A stretch of DNA of 63,151 nucleotides, filler included, from Anaerolineae bacterium (GTDB lineage Bacteria > Chloroflexota > Anaerolineae > B4-G1 > DUEL01): NCBI GenBank assembly GCA_041082215.1. It is 8 parts of 8 records of this genome, joined end to end, with 100 filler letters (N's around TTAATTAATTAA, not from the genome) between each part and the next. Parts side by side here need not be neighbours in the genome. Positions count along the whole stretch, not along the records: positions 1 to 17,067 come from JBDOIF010000005.1; 7 more parts are not named here. One strand, given 5' to 3'. A program made the translations under genes and the position numbers. The notes below the pieces were generated by a model that had not been told where the DNA came from, searched no databases, and was given only the letters and a program-made list of their open reading frames with translations. Below, piece after piece: positions 8,628 through 17,167 of the stretch; within the stretch, counting starts at the first letter, position 1; each line of letters begins with the position of its first letter.

Positions 8628-10499
8628 CTATATCCCCAGCGCCGCCCGCTTTGCGGCGACGTGGTCCAGGATCAGGCGGGCGGCTTTGAACGGATCAGGC
8701 TCCACGGCGAACTTGCCGCCGACCACTCCCTCGGCTCCGGCGGTGAGCAGTTGCGCCACGTTGAGGCTGCCCAGGACCGGCGGGACGGTGCCCAGCACGG
8801 TGAAGATGCCGGAAGCAACCACATAGGCGCCGATGCTGACCGCCTTCTCGCTCATCCACTCCGGAGCTGCCCCAGCAACCGGCAGGTCGCTGATGTCCAC
8901 GCCCAGGGCGTTGGCGATGGCGGCGCAGGCGACCAGGATGCGGCTGATGTCCACACAACTGCCCATGTGGAGGACGGGCGGCACGCCCAGGGCCCGGCAG
9001 ACCCCCTTCAGCCCATCGCCTGCCAGTTCCGCCGCTTCGGGCAGGAGCAGGCCCGCCTTGGCGCAGGCGATGGCGTTGCAGCCTGTGGTCACCACCAGCA
9101 CGTTCTCCCGGATCAGCTCCTTGACCAGGTTGACATGGCCGTAGTCCTGCTGGACCTTGGGGTTGTTGCAGCCCACCACGGCCACGATCCCCTGGATCGC
9201 CCCGCTCTTGATAGCGTCCAGGAGCGGAGTCAGGCTGCCGCCCAGCGCGCCCACGATCGCCTCGACGCTGAAGCCGACCACGCACTCGCTTTTGACGTCC
9301 GGGATGTGGACCCGGGCGGGGTTGCGGTTGGGATAGTTTTCCACCGCCGTGCGGACGATGGCTTTGGCCGTCTCGTAGGCCGTCTCCTCGTGGAACTCCA
9401 TATGGAGCGCGCCGGGGAACTTGGCTTTAGGCGAGGTGGAGATGAATTTCGTGTGGTAGCAACTGGCCAGGTCGGCCAGGGCCGGGAAGATGCACTGCAC
9501 GTCCACGACCATCGCCTCCACGGCCCCGGTGATGACTGCCAGTTCCTGATGGAGGAAGTTGCCGGCGATGGGGATGCCGTGGCGCATGAGGACCTCGTTG
9601 CCGGTGCAGCAGATGCCGGCGACCTGGATGCCCCTGGCCCCCTTCGCTTTGGCCAGAGCGACCAGCTCGGGGTCCTGGGCCGCGGCGACGATCATCTCCG
9701 AGAGGATCGGCTCGTGGCCGTGGACGATGATGTTGACCTGGTCGGGCTTCAGCACCCCCAGGTTGGCCTCAGCGCGCTTCGGCTGCGGGACGCCGAACAG
9801 CACGTCCTGGAGTTCGGTGGCGATCATGGACCCGCCCCAGCCGTCGGCCAGGCTGGCGCGCAGGCCGTGGAGGATGAGGTTGACGTAGTCGTTGTCCACC
9901 CCCATATGGGTGCGGTGCATGATCTCCACAATCTCACGGTCTATGCCGCGCGGGTCAATGCCCAGCGACTGCCACAGGGAGACCCGTTTGGCCGGCGCAC
10001 GGCGGGTGAACTGGATGGGCCCTTCCTGTTTGCCGAACTCGGCGTAGGCAGCGCGGGCCAGGTCCAGGGCGATCTCTTCCTTGCTGCGTCCCTCCGTTTC
10101 GATGCCATACTCTGTGGCAAGGGCCTTGAGTTTGACCTCATCTTTAATCTCATAGCCGCCGCCTTTGCCCTCGGCGGTCAGGAGCAGTGTGTGGGCCACA
10201 TCCCGCCCGTGGTCGGAGTGGGCGGCTGCTCCTCCTGCGATCATGCGGCTCAGGTTGCGGGCCACGATGGTGTCGGCCGTAGCGCCGCAGACTCCCCGTG
10301 ATGGCCCCTCACCGAAGGGATCAATACGACAGGGCCCCATGTTGCAGTTGCGGCAACAGAGGCCCAGTTCGCCGAAGCCACATTGGGGCTGCTGTTTTTC
10401 AAACCGATCCCAGGCCGTCTCCAGGTGCTCCTTCTCGGCCACTCCGAGCATCTCCTGGGCAGCCGGATCTATGCTCCTGCGCAGAATCTCTTCACGCAT
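8628..10499 (-). CDS. cooS: Anaerobic Ni,Fe carbon monoxide dehydrogenase catalytic subunit
   Basis: ATG at 10499 with AAGGAGG RBS; D/B-cluster QCGFGELGLCCRNCNMGPC; AHSDH; C-cluster HGHEP, ICCTG, DVQC, GCNN, TGC, GSCVD; EKA lysine. Confidence 0.97.
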   Translation of the reverse strand: MREEILRRSIDPAAQEMLGVAEKEHLETAWDRFEKQQPQCGFGELGLCCRNCNMGPCRIDPFGEGPSRGVCGATADTIVARNLSRMIAGGAAAHSDHGRDVAHTLLLTAEGKGGGYEIKDEVKLKALATEYGIETEGRSKEEIALDLARAAYAEFGKQEGPIQFTRRAPAKRVSLWQSLGIDPRGIDREIVEIMHRTHMGVDNDYVNLILHGLRASLADGWGGSMIATELQDVLFGVPQPKRAEANLGVLKPDQVNIIVHGHEPILSEMIVAAAQDPELVALAKAKGARGIQVAGICCTGNEVLMRHGIPIAGNFLHQELAVITGAVEAMVVDVQCIFPALADLASCYHTKFISTSPKAKFPGALHMEFHEETAYETAKAIVRTAVENYPNRNPARVHIPDVKSECVVGFSVEAIVGALGGSLTPLLDAIKSGAIQGIVAVVGCNNPKVQQDYGHVNLVKELIRENVLVVTTGCNAIACAKAGLLLPEAAELAGDGLKGVCRALGVPPVLHMGSCVDISRILVACAAIANALGVDISDLPVAGAAPEWMSEKAVSIGAYVVASGIFTVLGTVPPVLGSLNVAQLLTAGAEGVVGGKFAVEPDPFKAARLILDHVAAKRAALGI

Positions 10500-10779
10500 G
10501 GTATGCCTCCTTAAAGCATCTGGTTTGCCGGTCAGACTGCACAGAGAGCCTGGGAATGCTTCCGTTTGGCCTGTGGTCCCGGAAATCACCTCCTTTCCAT
10601 ACAGGATGGCCCCGCGGGTGCTGAGGGATTCGGCGCGAAACTACGTGTCCTCCGTGCCTCCGTAGTGGGAAAAGATTGAACTAAGCAAGTCTTGTTATGT
10701 AAGGCTGCATTAGAGGGAGAGGGGGTAGGGGAAGGATAGCCGTCGGGTTAGAATGATAGGTGAATCCTTCTTTATAAAT

Positions 10780-10808
10780 ATTATAGCACAGCTCGGGGCC
10801 AGCGTCAA
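10780..10808 (-). promoter_or_regulatory. Sigma70 promoter upstream of cooS
   Basis: TTGACG (10808-10803)-17 nt-TATAAT (10785-10780); implies a leader of about 275 nt. Confidence 0.7.
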
Positions 10809-10825
10809 ACCGGATTGCACGCAGG

Positions 10826-11015
10826 GGCGTATTTCAATTTCGGGGCGAGTGGTCCTCTCACTCGCCGGTAGATCGCGAATCCCACGAATGGCCCGAACAC
10901 AGCGAACAGGAGGGATACCTGCCCCATTCGCGGTATTCGTTTCCATTCGCGCCATTCGTGTTTCCCCAGGTCCGACCCGCGCCAGGGACATCTCGCCCCC
11001 AAACTGAAATACACC
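10826..11015 (-). repeat. MITE-like element, full copy
   Basis: Terminal inverted repeats GGCGTATTTCAATTTCGGGGCGAG / CTCGCCCCCAAACTGAAATACACC; internal 9-mer (CGAATGG) repeats form a long hairpin. Confidence 0.85.
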
Positions 11016-11087
11016 TCGTGGCTGACTGCGAACGTACCGCCAGCAGGCCGGGCTTCAGCTTGCCCTGCCGGATTTTCAGATAGGCTT

Positions 11088-12842
11088 TCAGGCGAAGATG
11101 CTCAATTGGGGGGCTATCTGGACCTGAACCAGGTGCCGGTAGAGGCCGTCGCAGGCCATCAGCTCCTCATGGGTCCCCATCTCGACGATCCGGCTGCCCT
11201 CCAGGACGACGATCAGATCGGCGTTGCGCACCGTGGAGAGGCGATGGGCGATGATGAGGGTAGTCCTGCCGACCATCAGTCGTTCAAGCGCCTGCTGGAT
11301 GAGCATCTCCGTCTCGGCATCCACCGAAGAGGTGGCCTCATCCAGGATCAGGATGGGGGCATCCTTGAGCACGGCGCGGGCGATGGCGACCCGCTGCCGC
11401 TGGCCCCCGGAGAGCTTGACGCCCCGCTCGCCGATGACGGTGTTGTACCCTTCAGGCAGGCGGACGATGAATTCGTGCGCGTTGGCGACCTGGGCTGCCC
11501 AGATCATCTCCTCTTCGGTAGCGTCGGGGCGGCCGAAGAGGATGTTTTCCCGCACCGTGCCGTGAAAGAGGAACACATCCTGCGTTACGATGCTGATCTG
11601 TCGTCGCAAGCTCTTGAGCGTCAGGTCGCGGATGTCTATGCCGTCCAGCGTGACAGCCCCTTCACAGACGTCGTAGAAGCGGGGGATGAGGCTGGCCAGC
11701 GTCGTCTTGCCCACCCCCGTGGGGCCGACCAGCGCGACAGCGGTGCCAGGCGGGATGTCCAGGTCAATGTGCTCCAGCACCGGGTCCCCCTCCTTGTACC
11801 AGAAGCTGACACCCTGGAACCGGATCGCCCCTTTCGCCCTGCCGGGCAACTCGATGGCGCCGGGCCGATCAACGATCTCGGGCTGCTCGTTCAGCAGTTC
11901 GCTCACCCGCTCCGCCCCCGCCAGGGCCTGCTGGACGCTCTCCCACGCCTGGCTCAGGGCCCGCACAGGCTGGTACAGCATCTCGAGGTAGAGAAAGAAG
12001 GCCACCAGGTCCTCGATGGGCAGAGTCCGGTTCAGGACAAGCCGCCCGCCAAAATAGATGAGGACGATGGTGCCCAGCGAGGAGGCGAACTCGACGAAGG
12101 GATGAAACACGGCCATCAGACGGAGGGCGCGGAGCAGCGAATCCCGGTAACGGACGATGTGGCTCCAGATCCGGGCGGCCTCTATCTCTTCCCGGGTGAA
12201 GGCCTTGATCTCCCGCATGCCGGAGAGGTTGTCGTTCAGGGTGGCGTTCAGTTCCCCCAGCTCCGCCTGCCGCTTGCGGAACGCCGGGCGAACGTATCTG
12301 GATAAGCCCTGCATCGCCACCACGATGAGGGGGATGGGAATGAGGCTGAGCAGGGCCAGTTGCCAGCTCATCTGAAACAGGATCAGGGCGGCCCCTATCA
12401 ATGTCAGCAGGTTGACCGTGACGTCCGGTATGGCATGGGCGATCAGTTGCTCCAGAAGGTCGGAGTCGTTGACTGTGCGGGACATCAGTTGGCCCACCTG
12501 CTTGTCCGCGTAAAAGCGGAGGGAGAGCCGCTGGAGATGGTTGTATATTTCGGCACGGACATTGGCGACCACGTTCCAGCCAGCCACGTGGGCCATATAG
12601 CTCCGCAGGAACTGGAGGACGCCGCGGACTACGTAGACCAGCAGCGCCACCAGGGCCAGCCGGGCGACGAAGTCCACCGCCTTCGGCCCGGCGGCCGGAT
12701 CGGTTACGGTGGCGACCATGCTGCGCACGATCCAGGGGGCCAGCAACTGGACGCCTACCAGCAGCAGCATGCTGATGACGGTGATCACCAGCGGTCGGAC
12801 GTACTGGCGGACATACCGATACACAAACCGAAGGGACTTCAC
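11088..12842 (-). CDS. ABC exporter, fused TMD-NBD (MdlB/MsbA-like)
   Basis: Hydrophobic N-terminal half; Walker A GPTGVGKT, LSGGQ signature, ILDEATSS. Confidence 0.95.
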   Translation of the reverse strand: MKSLRFVYRYVRQYVRPLVITVISMLLLVGVQLLAPWIVRSMVATVTDPAAGPKAVDFVARLALVALLVYVVRGVLQFLRSYMAHVAGWNVVANVRAEIYNHLQRLSLRFYADKQVGQLMSRTVNDSDLLEQLIAHAIPDVTVNLLTLIGAALILFQMSWQLALLSLIPIPLIVVAMQGLSRYVRPAFRKRQAELGELNATLNDNLSGMREIKAFTREEIEAARIWSHIVRYRDSLLRALRLMAVFHPFVEFASSLGTIVLIYFGGRLVLNRTLPIEDLVAFFLYLEMLYQPVRALSQAWESVQQALAGAERVSELLNEQPEIVDRPGAIELPGRAKGAIRFQGVSFWYKEGDPVLEHIDLDIPPGTAVALVGPTGVGKTTLASLIPRFYDVCEGAVTLDGIDIRDLTLKSLRRQISIVTQDVFLFHGTVRENILFGRPDATEEEMIWAAQVANAHEFIVRLPEGYNTVIGERGVKLSGGQRQRVAIARAVLKDAPILILDEATSSVDAETEMLIQQALERLMVGRTTLIIAHRLSTVRNADLIVVLEGSRIVEMGTHEELMACDGLYRHLVQVQIAPQLSIFA

Positions 12843-12902
12843 TCTGGAATCCTCCTCCTGAAAGAGGTGCGCCGATCCCAGCCCCTGCTCCCAGGCTGAT
12901 GG

Positions 12903-13346
12903 TCAGCCTCCGGTGGCCCGCTGCAGGTTCTCCCGAATGCGGGAGAAGAAACCGTGCAGCAATTCCCGCTCCTCAGGGGTGAAGCCAGCGAACGCCTCCT
13001 CGTCGAGGGCCTGCCAGATCTGCAGCACCTTCTCGCGGACGGCCTGCCCGGCCTCTGTGAGGTAGACACGGGAGACACGCTGGTCGCGTTGATCGGGCCT
13101 GCGCTCGACAAAGCCGGAACGCTCCATCCGGCGGATCATCTTCGTGATCGTGGCCGGCTGGACACCCAGCCGTCTGGCCAGCTCCGTGTGGGTCAGTCCA
13201 TCCTTTTCCCACAGTGCCCGCAACACCGCCGGCTGCCCGCGGTAAAGGCCCAACCCTTTCAGCCTGCTGTGTACGTGAGCATGCTTCAAACGGCAGACCT
13301 CCGCAAACAGCCTGTCCAGGGGTTCCGGCTCCGGGGATCGGCTCAT
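12903..13346 (-). CDS. MarR family transcriptional regulator
   Basis: LTHTELARRLGVQPATITKMIRRMERSGFVER...DQRVSRVYLT. Confidence 0.92.
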   Translation of the reverse strand: MSRSPEPEPLDRLFAEVCRLKHAHVHSRLKGLGLYRGQPAVLRALWEKDGLTHTELARRLGVQPATITKMIRRMERSGFVERRPDQRDQRVSRVYLTEAGQAVREKVLQIWQALDEEAFAGFTPEERELLHGFFSRIRENLQRATGG

Positions 13347-13365
13347 TTTGACCGTTCCTCAATTT

Positions 13366-13396
13366 ATTTAGCCAGCAAAATATTGGACGGCTAAAT
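13366..13396. promoter_or_regulatory. Probable MarR operator
   Basis: AT-rich inverted repeat ATTTAGCC-N15-GGCTAAAT about 20 nt upstream of the marR start. Confidence 0.6.
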
Positions 13397-14322
13397 TATA
13401 CGCTCCTTTCGGTCTCTGTCAAGAGCCCCAGCCTTTCGGCCAGCTCCTGAAAGACCGCCTCGTCGGGGCGGAAGGGGATGCCTGTGAAGACCGACCAGGT
13501 TTCCCGGTGGGTCACCGCATCGCCTGGGGCCAGCCGGGTGCGGGGTCCCAGCGTCTCCAGTTCCAGGAAGCGGGGGTCGCAGTAGCACTCGCTGGAGGCC
13601 CCCCGGTCGAAGTAGGGCATGTCGGGCCGGTAGGGGGCTTGTTTGACAAACAGCACATCCCCCAGGGCGTAGGCGAGCCATCCGACGGGGTTGGGAAAGC
13701 CAAGCTTGAGGGCTCCGCTCTCCATCGCGGCCCGGACAAAGATGTACCGGTCTCCCCACTCGATGTAAGGGGAATGAATTGAGGTATAGGGCCACAGCAC
13801 GATATGGCGGTTGGGCAGCACGCCGTACCTGTCGGCTGGGCCGGTGGGCTGGGGGAGGATGGCGACCCCTCCAGGCCTGACCTGGGTGATGGCCCACGCC
13901 GCCAGCTCGACCGGTTCCTCTCCCAGATTGCGCAGCGTGTGATCCACCGCAATAAGCGGCCACTGCTCGTCCAGGACAAGTGTGAGCGACTTCTGGATGC
14001 CGGTCTCCGGTTCAATGGACTGGGTGATGGTTAGCCCTCCCTCCGTCTCCGTGATGAGGACGGGAGCGTCGTCGGGGAGGTAGGTCCGTGGGGGCTCTTC
14101 GGGGGCGTGCCACAGCCGGTGACCCCCGTAGAAAGTAAAGCGTTTCCCATCGGCAAGGGGGATCCCCTCATCGGGGGGGAGCAGGGCGAAGAGATTGTCA
14201 CGGCCCTGGGGGGCCAGCCCGAGGACGCGCGGCCCCACCGTTCGGGCGACCCACACGCACAGGCAGTCGTTTTCCAGCTTTATGCACTTGTAACCTGCCA
14301 GAAGAGCCTCCGTCTTTTTCAT
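13396..14322 (-). CDS. Hypothetical protein (DUF4380/galactose-mutarotase-like fold)
   Basis: VGPRVL, YGGHRLWHAPE and LELETLGP motifs; ATG at 14322 after GGAGG. Confidence 0.65.
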   Translation of the reverse strand: MKKTEALLAGYKCIKLENDCLCVWVARTVGPRVLGLAPQGRDNLFALLPPDEGIPLADGKRFTFYGGHRLWHAPEEPPRTYLPDDAPVLITETEGGLTITQSIEPETGIQKSLTLVLDEQWPLIAVDHTLRNLGEEPVELAAWAITQVRPGGVAILPQPTGPADRYGVLPNRHIVLWPYTSIHSPYIEWGDRYIFVRAAMESGALKLGFPNPVGWLAYALGDVLFVKQAPYRPDMPYFDRGASSECYCDPRFLELETLGPRTRLAPGDAVTHRETWSVFTGIPFRPDEAVFQELAERLGLLTETERSV

Positions 14323-14468
14323 CGTCTCTGCTCCCTCCTGATGAACTGGACTCACCCAGAGCGTCCGACCCTCCGCTCGGCGCGCTGCCGGTAGGCTATA
14401 CACACTTCGGCCTTTTTGTCAAATCTTCCCCTCTTGTAGCTGCTCACCGCAGAGCTTCGAAAGCCTTC

Positions 14469-14654
14469 TATTTCAGTTTGGGGGCGGGATGTCCCTGGCC
14501 CGGGCCGGACCTGGGGAAACACGAATGGCGCGAATGGAAACGAATGCTGCGAATGGAGCAGGTGTCCCTCCTGTTCGCGGTATTCGGGCCATTCGTGGGA
14601 TTTGCGATCCACCGGCGAGCGAGAGGACCACTCGCCCCGAAATTGAAATACGCC
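14469..14654 (+). repeat. MITE-like element copy
   Basis: TATTTCAGTTTGGGGGCG...CGCCCCGAAATTGAAATACGCC, highly similar to the reverse complement of 10826-11015. Confidence 0.85.
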
Positions 14655-14759
14655 CGCCCGGCATCCTTTCTTGCTCAAAAGGTCGCCGGGTAGTATACTA
14701 AATAAATCCATTTGAACCGGCCCGGTTGGACGGTTCTAAATAGATTCAGGAGGATAGCA

Positions 14760-15797
14760 ATGGATCGAAGGCTGTGGATTGTAGCGGTGATCTTGCTGCT
14801 GACGGCGTCGCTGGCCTGTTCGTTAGTTGGCAGGGGGGCAACTGAGCAGCCGGGTGCAGGAGGTGAGGCGGCCACGCCCGCCGGGACTGAGGTGCAGGAG
14901 CCAGCGGAGGAGACGGGCGGGGAAACGGCCCCGCCGCCCGAAGTCTCCTCAAACGCACTCGCCGGTCTCAATAGCTACCGGGCCCGCATAGCTTACAGGT
15001 GGGCAACCGACTCCGGGACTGTAGAGAGCATGGTCGTCGAGATGGACGAAACTCGCGAACCCCCGGCGAGACGGTACCGGGTCTCCTCTGAGGATGAAGC
15101 CGAGGCTGTGGAGTACGTCCAGATCGGGAATACCGCCTGGTACTGCTTCGGAGGGACATGTGGACAGACCGAGCAGGATCCCGAGGAGGCGATCGAACAG
15201 TTTGGGGCCGATCTGAAGTTCGACCCTGCCGGGTTCTTGAGCGGGGACTACCGGTACGCTGGCCGGGAAACGGTGAACGGGATCGCGTGCCGGCACTATG
15301 AACTGCTCCTCTCGCCTGCAGAGGTGGCGGCGATCACCGCCAGCGAAGACGTCACCGACGTAGAGGCTGAGGCCTGGATCGCCGATGAGAGCGGTCTTCC
15401 CTCGTTCGTCGTGCGGTTCATCCTGACCTGGAGGGGAACGACTAACGGTCAACCGGGCGAGGGACAATACCAGTACGACATCTACGAGGTCAATTCTGCT
15501 TTCACTATCGAGCCCCCCGAAGGTGCTCCAACCGGGCTTCCTGAAGACATCCCGCTGTACCCGAATGCCTCTGGTGTTTCTTTAATGCAAGGGATGGCCT
15601 CCTTCACGACTTCCGACGCCGTCGAGGCTGTGGGCCAGTTCTACAAGGACCAGCTACCCGGCATGGGCTGGACGTTGCAGGAGGAGACCGCGATCTCCGG
15701 GACGATCATGCAGACCTGGGTAAAGGGCGATCGCAGCCTGAGCGTGATGGTCAGTTCCAGCGACAGCACCACACAGGTCGTGCTGATGGAGCAGTAG
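14760..15797 (+). CDS. Lipoprotein, function unknown
   Basis: Signal peptide with lipobox SLAC, acidic linker, beta-rich domain (GRETVNGIACRHY), C-terminal LPEDIPLYP domain. Confidence 0.75.
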   Translation: MDRRLWIVAVILLLTASLACSLVGRGATEQPGAGGEAATPAGTEVQEPAEETGGETAPPPEVSSNALAGLNSYRARIAYRWATDSGTVESMVVEMDETREPPARRYRVSSEDEAEAVEYVQIGNTAWYCFGGTCGQTEQDPEEAIEQFGADLKFDPAGFLSGDYRYAGRETVNGIACRHYELLLSPAEVAAITASEDVTDVEAEAWIADESGLPSFVVRFILTWRGTTNGQPGEGQYQYDIYEVNSAFTIEPPEGAPTGLPEDIPLYPNASGVSLMQGMASFTTSDAVEAVGQFYKDQLPGMGWTLQEETAISGTIMQTWVKGDRSLSVMVSSSDSTTQVVLMEQ

Positions 15798-15814
15798 AGG
15801 GACTCGGAAAGCAA

Positions 15815-15845
15815 CAGGGACCCCGGTTATGTAACTGGGATCCTG
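15815..15845 (+). terminator. Hairpin after the lipoprotein gene
   Basis: Imperfect stem CAGGGACCCCGGTTA / TAACTGGGATCCTG. Confidence 0.4.
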
Positions 15846-15947
15846 CTATGTCATGGCACCTGTGGGCATAATGTGCGGGGGACGATCATGGACGGGGAAA
15901 ACCCCTTGCGGTTATAAAGAAGGTATGATAACATGAATAGGCAACCC

Positions 15948-16019
15948 TGGGGCGTGGCCAAGTGGTAAGGCAACGGACTTTGGATCCGTGATTCGCAGGT
16001 TCGAATCCTGCCGCCCCAG
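15948..16019 (+). tRNA. tRNA-Gln (anticodon TTG)
   Basis: Acceptor TGGGGCG/CGCCCCA, anticodon arm ACGGA-CTTTGGA-TCCGT, GTTCGAATC T-loop; CCA not encoded; promoter TTGCGG-17-TAACAT at 15906-15934. Confidence 0.95.
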
Positions 16020-16156
16020 CCTTGGGAATACCGGTTTGGTGGAAGAGGAAGGGTGCCGTCTGTGATGGATTGGCTTGAAGAATGGGCGGGGGCGGGCCGT
16101 ATGGCTTGCCCTCGCCCATTTTACCTTCCATCACAGAGACCGAGGAAAACAGTCCG

Positions 16157-17067
16157 ATGCCCCGAAGAGCCCGAGAAAGCACCTGGTTGGTCATCTCCCG
16201 GTGTCTGGCTATCATCCGGCGGGTTCAGCGCGGGCCCGCCACCTGGAAGGAACTGGTGGAGGCCGTCCGCCGGGAGGTCGGAGAGGAGGCCTACGGCGAC
16301 GCGGAAGGGAAACCCCTCCACCGGCGGCTGGAAAACGACCTGGCCCGGATCCGGCAGTGGCTGGGGGTAGAACTCCGGTACTCCCGACAGGAAAAGGGGT
16401 ACATTATCTATTCCCTCTGGACTCCCCTCCTGGACCTCCCCGAGGAAGACCTCCGGACCATGGCCTGGCTGGGCCGAATATTTGACGAGGAGTCCCCTTA
16501 CCACGACGAGGTCAACGCATTCCTGGACCGCATCGTCTTTTACCTGGGCCATCGGCGGGCGCCGGCCGTCCGCCGGTATCGGGAGGGGCTGGAGCTGGAT
16601 CTGCGTCAGCGGGATGGGGACGAGATTTCGCCGGATGTCGTGCTCCGGCTGGAGCGGGCGGTGGCGGAGAAGCGGTGGGTAGAGTTTGACTACCTCTCGC
16701 CCCAGTATGAAGACGGCAATCCCCGTCGGCACCGTGTGGCCCCAGTACGGGTCTACTTTGACCCGGGCCGGGGCCACTATTATCTCTATGGCTGGTGTCA
16801 GAGCATTGCCGGACCCGAGGGCATCGCTGATTGCCAGGAGCACCTCTACTATCGCGTTGGCCGGATCCAGCGCCTGCGCATTTTGCCGGATGTTGTCCCC
16901 CCTGTGCTCCCTCGGGGCCGGGTGTATGAAGTGGTCTACGAACTGGCCCCAGAGATCGCCCGTATGGGGGTCACCCGCCACCCGGAAATCACGGTGCACG
17001 AGGTTGAGCATCGGGAAGACGGGAGTGCGGTCGTGCGGGGCGAAACCCACAATCTCTTCTGGGCCGT
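16157..17067 (+). CDS. WYL-domain transcriptional regulator (wHTH-WYL-WCX), truncated by contig end
   Basis: RLENDLARIRQWLG HTH; VEFDYLSP...RHRVAP...HYYLYGWC...YRVGRI WYL core. Confidence 0.85.
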
Positions 17068-17167
17068 NNNNNNNNNNNNNNNNNNNNNNNNNNNNNNNNN
17101 NNNNNNNNNNNTTAATTAATTAANNNNNNNNNNNNNNNNNNNNNNNNNNNNNNNNNNNNNNNNNNNN
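17068..17167. other. Artificial contig spacer
   Basis: N44-TTAATTAATTAA-N44 with stops in all six frames; also at 38269, 48830, 50609, 53072, 54391 and 61647. Confidence 0.99.

Larger units (their letters stand above)
4188..11015. mobile_element. Candidate non-autonomous composite cassette carrying cooS-cooF-vapBC-fdhF-FeS-FeS
   Basis: 83-bp inverted repeats at 4188-4270 and 10933-11015 (2 mismatches), directly flanked by TCCTGGCTGA (4178-4187) and TCGTGGCTGA (11016-11025); no transposase inside. Confidence 0.5.

Noticed and set aside
10710..11014. Similar small ORFs at about 4165-4270, 10710-11014 and 14478-14701
   Set aside because: Translations of the MITE-like repeat; no RBS or codon evidence for real genes
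17068..17167. Recurring TTAATTAATTAA inside N runs (7 copies)
   Set aside because: Artificial contig linker. Adjacency across these spacers (e.g. WYL next to dnaK, IS next to gNOR) carries no biological meaning.
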